Below, piece by piece: positions 9,313 to 19,800 of a stretch of 64,000 bases of DNA; the stretch's first letter is position 1; every line of letters starts with the position of its first letter. The DNA comes from Bdellovibrionales bacterium. GTDB lineage: Bacteria > Bdellovibrionota > Bdellovibrionia > Bdellovibrionales > UBA1609. The stretch is taken from positions 96,001-160,000 of the forward strand of contig CBDBIB010000002.1 of NCBI GenBank assembly GCA_965205945.1, given 5' to 3'. The notes under the pieces were generated by a model, which saw only the letters and a program-made list of their open reading frames with translations, was not told the origin of the DNA and did no database searches. The position numbers were made by a program, and so were the translations under genes.

Positions 9313-10041
9313 TTAGAAGTAGTTATCATCGTCATTAGTATCTTCGTCGACTAAGCTACTGATATCTTCATAGAGCTCATCTTCTTGTTCATCATCTAAC
9401 GTTAATTCCTCTAGGTTTCCATTATCAACTAAAAGGTCACTTATTAAAGACGTATGTTCATCTGAGTTATAATCATCACCATTTCTTTTTTTCTTTGTAT
9501 TTTTAATTACAAAGGGATTTATGGGGGTTACGTAAGATTTACTTTTTAAAATTTCCTCTAAATTAGGAGTTATAGGTCTTTTACCTTCATTTTTTTTAGA
9601 TTTTTGAGCAATAGGTTTTTTAGTTGTAGTTTTTATGGAATCTACAAGTTTTTGAGTTTGAGTTTTTCTGTTTGCAGCTTCTTTTTTTAATATTTTTTTA
9701 AGAAGAGTATTTTTTTTCTTAGTTATTTTTTTAGTTGTATTTTTTTTCTTAGTTATTTTTTTAGTTGTATTTTTTTTCTTAGTTATTTTTTTAGTTGCAT
9801 TTTTTTTCTTAGCTGATTTTTTAGTTGCATTTTTTTTCTTAGTTATTTTTTTAGTTGTATTTTTTTTCTTAGTTATTTTTTTAGTTGCATTTTTTTTCTT
9901 AGTTATTTTTTTAGTTGTATTTTTTTTCTTAGCTGATTTTTTAGTTGTATTTTTTTTCTTAGCTATTTTTTTAGTTGTATTTTTTTTCTTAGCTATTTTT
10001 TTAGTTGTAGTTTTTTTTATAGTTTTCTTTTTTCTAGCCAT
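9313..10041 (-). CDS. Histone H1-like Lys-rich repeat protein with acidic C-terminus
   Basis: GAGGTG RBS before MARKKK at 10041; about 10 copies of KKKN(T/A)TKK(I/S)(T/A); D/E-rich tail. Confidence 0.75.
   Translation of the reverse strand: MARKKKTIKKTTTKKIAKKKNTTKKIAKKKNTTKKSAKKKNTTKKITKKKNATKKITKKKNTTKKITKKKNATKKSAKKKNATKKITKKKNTTKKITKKKNTTKKITKKKNTLLKKILKKEAANRKTQTQKLVDSIKTTTKKPIAQKSKKNEGKRPITPNLEEILKSKSYVTPINPFVIKNTKKKRNGDDYNSDEHTSLISDLLVDNGNLEELTLDDEQEDELYEDISSLVDEDTNDDDNYF
9707..10009. repeat. 30-bp coding tandem repeat, about 10 copies
   Basis: Unit AG(T/C)T(A/G)(T/A)TTTTTTAGTTG(T/C)ATTTTTTTTCTT, contiguous with no spacers. Confidence 0.95.
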
Positions 10042-10134
10042 AATACACCTCATATATTGATAATGAAGTAGAAATGTTTAAGGAGCAAGAGTGAAAAACA
10101 CTTTGCTCCAAATTGGCCTTATTATAACGATGTA

Positions 10135-10824
10135 TTATTGGACATTTGCAAGCAGTACAGAAAGCTTTTGAGGTAGACGAAGTGAGATGAATACACCTCC
10201 ACTGTGTTCATTGATAGGAGCAAGCCAATGTATGTTTCCTATATGGCTGTTATTTTGCTCAGATCGTATAGGAACGGTTAAGTTAAGTGGAAGTTTAAGG
10301 CCTATCTCTACAAAAATTGAAAAGGAGTCAAAGGCAGCATATCCATAGGCATTAAGACCTAAAAACTTAAGTGGAAAACTAAATGATGGTGGCTCTCCAC
10401 CATTTATATCCGGAAGAGGTCTTCCATTAGGCAAAGTTGTTGGGCTTTCTACAAGTTCTATATAGTCTAGTATGGGAATAGTTAGAGTTATTGTGCCTTC
10501 AATAGGATCAGTCTCAAAAGTGATGTTAGAGTTTTGGCGTATTGTACCTGATATGCCTGGAAGTGAAGCTCCTAAAGGAAAACGAATTGTAATTTCAAGG
10601 CTTTGGGTTGTATTGTTATAGTTAATAATTTGACCATTATCTAAAAGGTTAGAGGGATCATCGAACCTTGCGCTAAACGAAATATTTTCATTTATTAAAT
10701 TAGGGGTTTCACTAGAATTAAAGTCTTCACTGCGGGAGGTTGAATTTGAAAGTGAATTTAAATCATTTGTACAGCCTATAAAAAATAATAAGACTATATT
10801 TAAAATTAATTTTTTAGTTTTCAT
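10135..10824 (-). CDS. Lipoprotein, unknown function
   Basis: AGGAG RBS; lipobox FIGC after a basic/hydrophobic leader; beta-rich and Pro-rich body. Confidence 0.8.
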   Translation of the reverse strand: MKTKKLILNIVLLFFIGCTNDLNSLSNSTSRSEDFNSSETPNLINENISFSARFDDPSNLLDNGQIINYNNTTQSLEITIRFPLGASLPGISGTIRQNSNITFETDPIEGTITLTIPILDYIELVESPTTLPNGRPLPDINGGEPPSFSFPLKFLGLNAYGYAAFDSFSIFVEIGLKLPLNLTVPIRSEQNNSHIGNIHWLAPINEHSGGVFISLRLPQKLSVLLANVQ

Positions 10825-11022
10825 ATGTAGTTTCTCCTTATAAAATATTTCACCCAGTTAATCGAGGACTTAGACTATTGTCTTTAGGCCTTTTGTTTTA
10901 TTTAAAGGGTGTTCTCAAAAAAAGACTTAAAAGTTAAAGTTATATATATATTTTTTAGACAGTTTAAAGTGGCATTGTTGGAATAATGTTTTGTTAGCCT
11001 TGACGAAGGCCTTTGACCTCTC

Positions 11023-13560
11023 ATGTTTTATATATGGGGGTGTGCTGTGGATAACATGAATTCTAAATTCACACAGATTGTGGTAGAGAGTTTACAAGTA
11101 GCTTATGACAAAGCTTTAAAGAGTTCTTTTTCTGAAGTTAATGCAGCATGTTTATTTCTTGAATTTATGGGGTATGGAGAGGCTCTTTTTGGAAAATTTT
11201 TTATAGATCATAAAATTGAAATGAAAAGTGTTTTTGAAAAAAAAATGGAAAGTGCACCTAGGCTAAGAACCTTACCTCAAGGGCAAATTCCTTTTTCAGT
11301 ATATATTCAACGAGCAATGTCTATGGCTTCGGAAAAGGCAAAAGAGATGAAGGATCAATTTATCTCTACAGAGCATTTTTTGTTCTACCTTATGTTAAAT
11401 CAATCTGAATTTTCAGAGTATTTTAAGGGAATTAGTTTTACAGAAAACTTATTAAAAGAATGGATTTTAAAAAAACGAGGTGGAAAAAGAATCACCACAG
11501 ATAATCCTGAAGGTACACATAATGCTCTTAATAAATATTGTAAGAATTTAAATCAAATGGCATTTGAAAATAAGTTAGACCCTGTAATAGGTAGAGATCA
11601 AGAAATACGTAGAGCCATTCAGGTTTTATTAAGGCGGACAAAGAATAACCCAGTTCTTATTGGAGAGCCCGGCGTAGGTAAAACGGCCATTGTTGAAGGT
11701 CTTGCTGGTAGAATCGAAGATGGAGATGTTCCAGATATTTTGTTAGGTAAAAAAATTTATAGCTTAGATATGGGCCTTTTAGTTGCGGGAGCTAAGTATA
11801 AAGGTGAGTTTGAAGAAAGGCTTAAGGCTGTAGTTCAAGAAATTATTAATTCAAGGGGTGAGATTATACTGTTTATTGATGAGCTCCATACTTTGGTTGG
11901 AGCAGGGAAATCAGAAGGAGCTATGGATGCGGCTCAATTATTAAAGCCAGCACTGTCTAGGGGAGAGCTTCGTGTAGTTGGTGCCACAACCCTTGATGAG
12001 TATAAAGAGTATATTGAAAAAGATAAGGCTTTAGAAAGAAGGTTTCAGTCGACTGTTGTGGATGAACCAACTAAAGAAGATGCACTAGAAATTTTAAGAG
12101 GATTAAAAGAAAAGTATGAACTTCATCATGGCGTAAGGATTAAAGATGAGGCTTTAAGTGCTGCTGTGGAATTGAGTTCTAGGTATATTAATCATAGATT
12201 TTTACCAGACAAAGCTATTGATTTAATTGATGAGGCAGCAAGCCAGCTAAATATTGAAATTAATTCAGTACCTGTCAAGATCGATGAACTTCAAAGAGAA
12301 ATTATTAGGTTGCAGGTGAAAGTTAAGGCTTTAGAGTTTGAAGAAGGTATGGATGTGAGTTCTATAAAAAAACTTTTAGATGAAAAACTTTCTAGAAAAA
12401 GTGTACTTGTAAGGATTTGGGAAAAAGAAAGGGCTATTCTTAATAAAGACAAGGGTTTAAAGGTAGAGTATGAAAATGCAAAGCTAAAACTTCAACAGGT
12501 TGAGAAAACTGGAGATTTAGAAATTGCTGCAGAACTTAAATATGGAACCTTACCTAGGCTTGAGCAAAAAATAGCTGAAGTAGAGAACTCTTTAAAAGTA
12601 ACAAGTCTTTTAACCGAAAGCTTGGGTGCTGAAGAGGTTGCAAAGGTGGTCTCTAAATGGATAAAAGTTCCAGTTTCAAAACTTATAGATAGTGAGCGAG
12701 AAAAGCTTCTTAAGCTTGAGCAAAATTTAAAAAAAAGAGTTGTGGGTCAGGAGAAGTCCTTAAAAAGTATATCTCAAGCTGTATTAAGATCAAAGGCGGG
12801 ATTTTCAGACCCTAATAAACCTTTAGGAGTGTTCTTATTCTTAGGTCCTACGGGGGTTGGAAAAACAGAAACTGTAAAGGTTTTAGCTGAACAGCTTTTT
12901 AATGATGAAGAAAAAATTGTTAGATTAGATATGAGTGAATATATGGAAAAACACTCAATATCTAAACTAATAGGTTCTCCTCCAGGGTATGTTGGTTATA
13001 AAGAGGGAGGACAGTTAACTGAAAAGATTAGAAGAGCTCCGTTTTCAGTGATTTTGTTAGATGAAATTGAAAAAGCACATCTAGATGTTTTTAATGTGCT
13101 TCTTCAAGTCTTTGATGAAGGGAGACTTACTGATGGTCAAGGAAAGATTGTGGATTTTAAGAACATCTTAGTGGTAATGACATCAAATTTAAAAAACAAC
13201 AATTTAAAAACACATTTTAAGCCAGAGTTTTTAAATAGAATTGATGAGGTTTTAGAGTACAAAGCTTTAAACGATGAATGTTTAATAAAGATTGTAGATC
13301 TTTTAGTATTAGAGGTTCAAGATCGTATAATGAGTAGAGGAATTAAAATTTGTTTAAGTGATGGGGCTAAAAAGTTTATTTTTGAAAAAGGTTACAATCC
13401 AGAATTTGGAGCAAGACCTTTAAAAAGAACAATTGAAAAATTTGTTGTAAATCCATTGGCGTTTATGGTTCTTAATGAGGAGGTGAAAGAAGGTGCGGTC
13501 GTAAAAGTTGGTGCTTTAAAAGAAAAGCTAACTTTTAAGGTGGAATCGATTTTACAGTAA
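11023..13560 (+). CDS. clpB: ATP-dependent chaperone ClpB (true start probably 11047 or 11056)
   Basis: Two AAA+ modules ([16 protein letters not shown]), middle coiled-coil domain, GARPLKR. Confidence 0.95.
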   Translation: MFYIWGCAVDNMNSKFTQIVVESLQVAYDKALKSSFSEVNAACLFLEFMGYGEALFGKFFIDHKIEMKSVFEKKMESAPRLRTLPQGQIPFSVYIQRAMSMASEKAKEMKDQFISTEHFLFYLMLNQSEFSEYFKGISFTENLLKEWILKKRGGKRITTDNPEGTHNALNKYCKNLNQMAFENKLDPVIGRDQEIRRAIQVLLRRTKNNPVLIGEPGVGKTAIVEGLAGRIEDGDVPDILLGKKIYSLDMGLLVAGAKYKGEFEERLKAVVQEIINSRGEIILFIDELHTLVGAGKSEGAMDAAQLLKPALSRGELRVVGATTLDEYKEYIEKDKALERRFQSTVVDEPTKEDALEILRGLKEKYELHHGVRIKDEALSAAVELSSRYINHRFLPDKAIDLIDEAASQLNIEINSVPVKIDELQREIIRLQVKVKALEFEEGMDVSSIKKLLDEKLSRKSVLVRIWEKERAILNKDKGLKVEYENAKLKLQQVEKTGDLEIAAELKYGTLPRLEQKIAEVENSLKVTSLLTESLGAEEVAKVVSKWIKVPVSKLIDSEREKLLKLEQNLKKRVVGQEKSLKSISQAVLRSKAGFSDPNKPLGVFLFLGPTGVGKTETVKVLAEQLFNDEEKIVRLDMSEYMEKHSISKLIGSPPGYVGYKEGGQLTEKIRRAPFSVILLDEIEKAHLDVFNVLLQVFDEGRLTDGQGKIVDFKNILVVMTSNLKNNNLKTHFKPEFLNRIDEVLEYKALNDECLIKIVDLLVLEVQDRIMSRGIKICLSDGAKKFIFEKGYNPEFGARPLKRTIEKFVVNPLAFMVLNEEVKEGAVVKVGALKEKLTFKVESILQ

Positions 13561-13870
13561 ATTGTAGTTACACAATTTAATTTACAAGGCTTAGAATAAA
13601 AATCTTTCTAAGAAATTTTGGCTTGTTTATAACTCAAATCAGCGTTGTTGCACATGAGTGTTTAACCTAAGATTAAAGGTTTAAGAAAAACTTCCTACCC
13701 ATTCTAAAATAAACATACTAAAGATGCTTAATCCTAGTTTATTGTTAAGTAGTCATACAATTTGTTTTACAGGTCTCCATAAAATCCTATTAAAACCTGG
13801 AATAGTCATTTTTTACAAGAAATTAAAAAAATTCGAATTTGGCAGCTTCTATTCATCAAAAAAAAATAAA

Positions 13871-16800
13871 TTAATAATCAGGGCTACAACGTGTAAAATT
13901 AGGTTTTTCAGCAAGAGTCCAAGAAGTTAAAGTTTGGTATGAAAAACTTCCACACTCGACAACGTTAGAAACATTCCATGAACTGATGTCTTGATCAAAA
14001 GAATCTGCATTAGAAAACATAGACCTCATATCAGTAACCTTAGAAGTGTCCCAGTTAGAGGTGTCAGGGTTAGCTAAATCTGCACTTAAAAACATAGACC
14101 TCATATCAGTAACCTTAGAAGTGTCCCAGTTAGAGGTGTCAGGGTTAGCTAAAGCTGCACTATTAAACATAGAGCCCATATTAGTAACCTTAGAAGTGTC
14201 CCAGTTAGAGGTGTCAGGGTTAGCTAAAGCTGCACTATTAAACATAGAGCCCATATTAGTAACCTTAGAAGTGTCCCAGTTAGAGGTGTCAGGGTTAGCT
14301 AAATCTGCACTAAAAAACATCCGGCTCATACTAGTAACCTTAGAAGTGTCCCAGTTAGAGGTGTCAGGGTTAGCTAAATCTGCACTAAAAAACATCCGGC
14401 TCATATTAGTAACATGTCTAGTTGAGCCACCATTAACAAGAGTTAAGTTATCTGCTTTATAAAACATATGACTAAAACTTTCCCACCCTGTGTCTCCTAA
14501 TTCTGTAACCTCAATTATTTGCTCGCTATCACGAAAGTTAAGATATGGGCAGCGCCCAGTGATTTTAACTATATAAGTCCCTGAAGATGAATAAGTATGA
14601 TTTTTATCTAAATCACTTGATGAAGTAACAACTCCCGAGGTTCCATCCCCCCAATGAACCATAAAGTTATATGTATAAGAAGAACTTAAACTAAGATTTA
14701 AATTTAAATCACTACCATAAATACTAAATTTAGCTGTAAAAGGGGTTCCTAAATTTTGTATTTCAGTGCTTAAACTAACTACATCAGACAGGTTTCCGGC
14801 TGCATCTTGTGCAACACCAGAGGCGATTGTAATTTGAATATTTCCGGTTTCATCACTGCAGTCTGAAATCCTAATACTTGGATTAATAGTTGTTCCATTT
14901 GTTACTAAAACTGTGCAACCTGTAGTAGCTCCAGTAAGGCTGACATTGCTCTTTTCTAGGTTTATACTACTAAAGTCTTGGCTTACAGTTATGGGAAAGT
15001 CTATAGAATTTGAACTGCTTATTATATGGCTTCCAATACTGACAATAGGGGGTTTAGTATCTTTTATTAGATTTAAAACACCTGAAGTTTTAGAATTTCC
15101 AGCAATGTTTGTGATACTAGCAGTTAGTGAAAGTGGACCATCACTTAGGCTTGAAAAATCAATATCACCACTAAAGCTTTTATTAGAACAAGTAATAAAG
15201 CTTGTACCATGTGAAAATGTGATAAGCTCACCATCTTCAGAACATGTTCCTAAAACCCTAAAACCCCCCTCATTAATAGAATTAATGTAAGATCCACTTA
15301 AAGAGTTTGTAATAGAAATTGTTGGATCATTGTTACTTAAAAAAGTTTTCCACACTACCCCATCGCAAAACTCCAGTTTTTTTCCTAAAGAATTATACCT
15401 TAAAGTACCCTCAGTTAAACTGTCACAAGGGGTTGTAACTGTTCCAACTTTTTTTAAAAATGTAACAGTAGATGTACTAATAGATCCTGGAGTAGAAATG
15501 CTTCCAGAGACAGAAACATCACCATTATTGTTAATAGTGATTCCTTCATCATCGCCGTCTCCACTTAAATAATTTTGGTTAAGATTTATATTTAATCGAG
15601 CCCTGCCATCTCCCATATTATCAGCACTGCTTGGTAAGTTTATAAGCCGACTTCCATCAACAGCAGGCAGTCTTAAAGAGCTATCAAGCTTAATAAGCTG
15701 ATTGCTCCCTGTGCCAACATCTAATCTAGCTGTGCTAATGGTTCCTGAAGTGATCTTTTCTCCATTTAAATCTGGTATATCAGATTTTAATAAACTTAAA
15801 CCCTCAACCACTCTTCCTTTAACATCAACTCTAACTTTTGGGTACGTCCCTTGGGTTACACCCGTTGGTATAAGACTAGGGTTCGGGTAGGTTCCTGTAA
15901 GATCCCCTTGAGCCTGGCTTCCTAAAAGACTTGTGTCTGTCACACATGACCATAAATAAATAGGACCTTCACTCATTTGAAGTTTTTCATTGCTTTCACA
16001 ATTAGGCACTCCACCAGCATCCATTGCGTTGCCTGCATTTTTTCCTAAAGAAGCTTTTAAATAACCGTTTAAAAAGTTTGAATGTGTTATTTTTTTAAGA
16101 CCACTTTGAGAAACATCATACATTAAAACACTGTCTAAAGAATCAGCCGTAGTTTTTTCTGTAGTTTTGTTAATGTCTACACTTAAACTTCTATTAGTTG
16201 ATAAATCTCCACCTCCACTTAATCCACTGTTTAAAGCCGTTCTAATAGTTCTAGTTATTGGAGCTTTTCTAGATTCAAGTTCATTAAGTGCACCTTCTAC
16301 ATCTGTAGCCTGAATGTTTCCAAATGGAGTGTAGGTCACCGTGTTTGCCGCCAGACTTGCTAAACTCCAACCTTCAGACACATCCTTACAATTTGCTCCT
16401 CTTTCATCACAAATTTGTGTTATTCTTGCTGTTCCAGCAACGTCTAATAAAGCCTCAGGACTAGCCTTACCAACTCCAACCCTTCCATTAGCATCAATAA
16501 TAATTCCCTCATTATCACCGTCTCCACTTAAATAATTTTGGTTAAGATTTATATTTAATCGAGCTATACCATCTCCCATATTATCAGCACTGCTTGGTAA
16601 GTTTATAAGCTGACTTCCATCAACAGCAGGCAGTCTTAAAGAGCTATCAAGCTTAACAAGCTGATTGCTCCCTGTGCCAACATCTAATCTAGCTGTGCTA
16701 ATGGTTCCTGAAGTGATCTTTTCTCCATTTAAATCTGGTATATCAGATTTTAATAAACTTAAACCCTCAACCACTCTTCCTTTAACATCAACTCTAACTT

Positions 16801-19800
16801 TTGGGTACGTCCCTGGGGTTACACCCGTTGGTATAAGACTAGGGTTCGGGTAGGTTCCTGTAAGATCCCCTTGAGCCTGGCTTCCTAAAAGACTTGTGTC
16901 TTGATCAACTTCACATGACCAGGAATAAATAGGGCCGTTACTCATTTGAAGTTTTTCATTAGTTTCACAACTAGGCACTCCACCAGCATCCATTGCGTTG
17001 CCTGCATTTTTTCCTAAAGAAGCTTTTAAATAACCGTTTAAAAAGTTTGAATGTGTTATTTTTTTAAGACCACTTTGAGAAACATCATACATTAAAACAC
17101 TGTCTAAAGAATCAGCCGTAGTTTTTTCTGTAGTTTTGTTAATGTCTACACTTAAACTTCTATTAGTTGATAAATCTCCACCTCCACTTAATCCACTGTT
17201 TAAAGCCGTTGTAATAGTTCTAGTTATTGGAGCTTTTCTAGATTCAAGTTCATTAAGTGCACCTTCTACATCTGTAGCCTGAATGTTTCCAAATGGAGTG
17301 TAGGTCACCGTGTTTGCCGCCAGACTTGCTAAACTCCAACCTTCAGACACATCCTTACAATTTGCTCCTCTTTCATCACAAATTTGTGTTATTCTTGCTG
17401 TTCCAGCAACGTCTAATAAAGCCTCAGGACTAGCCTTACCAACTCCAACCCTTCCATTAGCATCAATAATAATTCCCTCATTATCACCGTCTCCACTTAA
17501 ATAATTTTGGTTAAGATTTATATTTAATCGAGCTATACCATCTCCCATATTATCAGCACTGCTTGGTAAGTTTATAAGCTGACTTCCATCAACAGCAGGC
17601 AGTCTTAAAGAGCTATCAAGCTTAACAAGCTGATTGCTCCCTGTGCCAACATCTAATCTAGCTGTGCTAATGGTTCCTGAAGTGATCTTTTCTCCATTTA
17701 AATCTGGTATATCAGATTTTAATAAACTTAAACCCTCAACCACTCTTCCTTTAACATCAACTCTAACTTTTGGGTACGTCCCTGGGGTTACACCCGTTGG
17801 TATAAGACTAGGGTTCGGGTAGGTTCCTGTAAGATCCCCTTGAGCCTGGCTTCCTAAAAGACTTGTGTTTTGATCAACTTCACATGACCAGGAATAAATA
17901 GGGCCATTACTCATTTGAAGTTTTTCATTGCTTTCACAACTAGGCACTCCACCAGCATCCATTGCGTTGCCTCGACTTTTTCCTAAAGAGGCTTTTAAAT
18001 AACCGTTTAAAAAGTTTGAATGTGTTATTTTTTTAAGACCACTTTGAGAAACATCATACATTAAAACACTGTCTAAAGAATCAGCCGTAGTTTTTTCTGT
18101 AGTTTTGTTAATGTCTACACTTAAACTTCTATCAGTTGATAAATCTCCGCCTCCACTTAATCCACTGTTTAAAGCCGTTCTAATAGTTCTAGTTATTGGA
18201 GCTTTTCTAGATTCAAGTTCATTAAGTGCACCTTCTACATCTGTAGCCTGAATGTTTCCAAATGGAGTGTAGGTCACCGTGTTTGCCGCCAGACTTGCTA
18301 AACTCCAACCTTCAGACACATCCTTACAATTTGCTCCTCTTTCATCACAAATTTGTGTTATTCTTGCTGTTCCAGCAACGTCTAATAAAGCCTCAGGACT
18401 AGCCTTACCAACTCCAACCCTTCCACTAGCATCAATAATAATTCCCTCATTATCACCGTCTCCACTTAAATAATTTTGGTTAAGATTTATATTTAATCGA
18501 GCTACGCTATCTCCCATATTATCAGCACTACTTGGTAAGTTTATAAGCCGACTTCCATCAACAGCAGGCAGTCTTAAAGAGCTATCAAGCTTAATAAGCT
18601 GATTGCTCCCTGTGCCAACATCTAATCTAGCTGTGCTAATGGTTCCTGAAGTGATCTTTTCTCCATTTAAATCTGGTATATCAGATTTTAATAAACTTAA
18701 ACCCTCAACCACTCTTCCTTTAACATCAACTCTAACTTTTGGGTACGCCCCTTGGGTTACACCCGTTGGTATAAGACTAGGGTTTGGGTAGGTTCCTGTA
18801 AGATCCCCTTGAGCCTGGCTTCCTAAAAGACTTGTGTCTGTGTCTGTATCAATATCAGCCACGCAAGAATAGCTTATTATAGCACCAGGGTTTCGTTGAA
18901 TCTTTTCCCCACTAGTACACACAGGAAGAGTGTCCACTTGCATGAGCTGTCCTAAACCACTTCCTATATCTGCTTCTAAACCCCTTGGCGTAATTTTTAA
19001 ACCACTTCCTACTTTTACTTTTAATTTATTTATATTAAACTCTAAACCCCCAGAAGAATCTAAATCTAAATCTATGTTTCCACTGTTGTTGTATAAACCC
19101 CTACCAAGGTTGATGCTTATTGTTGGGTTGCTACCACCTGAAGAGGTTAAAGGAGCATTGACTAAAACACTTGATGCACTACTTAAGGTGCTTAAAACTT
19201 CTAAGCTAACACCATTCCAATACTTAAGCGCTCCAGAGTCACTATTGTACCAAGTAGCCCCAGCATTGCTCATGTTCATAGATCCTAAAAGACTAACTTC
19301 TTCTAAATTCGTATAAGAACCTAAGGTCATGGTACTTCCTGGGTTTTGCATAATATGACTTGTGTTTAGAATCTGATTATTATTAAAGTTAAGGTCACCT
19401 AATAAAACCCCTCCTGTAAGAGGAAGTTTTGTATTGTCAGTTCCTGTGGGAACCACTGAGCTTGGTAGAATTCCACTTGTGATTTTATTTGCATGAATAC
19501 CGCTTGCAAGATGACTGTTTAAAACACCCCCTGGTGCAATTAAAATTGTGCCACTGTTTGTAATGGTTCCACCACTTAAGCCGCTTCCTGCTGTAATACT
19601 GGTTACAGTTCCACTACCTTTACCAACAACAGTGGCTGCTGATCCATTGTAGTACATGATTTGATTATTTGTAGAGTTATACCAAATATCTCCTGCCTGA
19701 GAATTAGGTGGTGGATGAGAGCTTGAAAAACTAGGTAAAAAGCTAGCTCCACTGATGCTTAATGGGGAGTATTGATTAGAACTGCCATTAATTAAAGCCA

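Noticed and set aside
9707..10009. 30-bp repeats as a CRISPR array
   Set aside because: Units are contiguous with no unique spacers, lie in frame in a CDS, and no cas genes are present.
13642..13657. 16-bp inverted match (GCGTTGTTGCACATGA) to about 7684-7699
   Set aside because: A single short match without flanking similarity is plausible by chance in 64 kb.
14005..14415. 75-bp repeats with variable segments as a CRISPR array or DGR target
   Set aside because: They are in-frame DUF285 protein repeats; there is no reverse transcriptase and no adenine-specific TR/VR pattern was seen.
14046..19316. Plus-strand ORFs inside the fibre gene
   Set aside because: Antisense shadows that recur with the repeat period.
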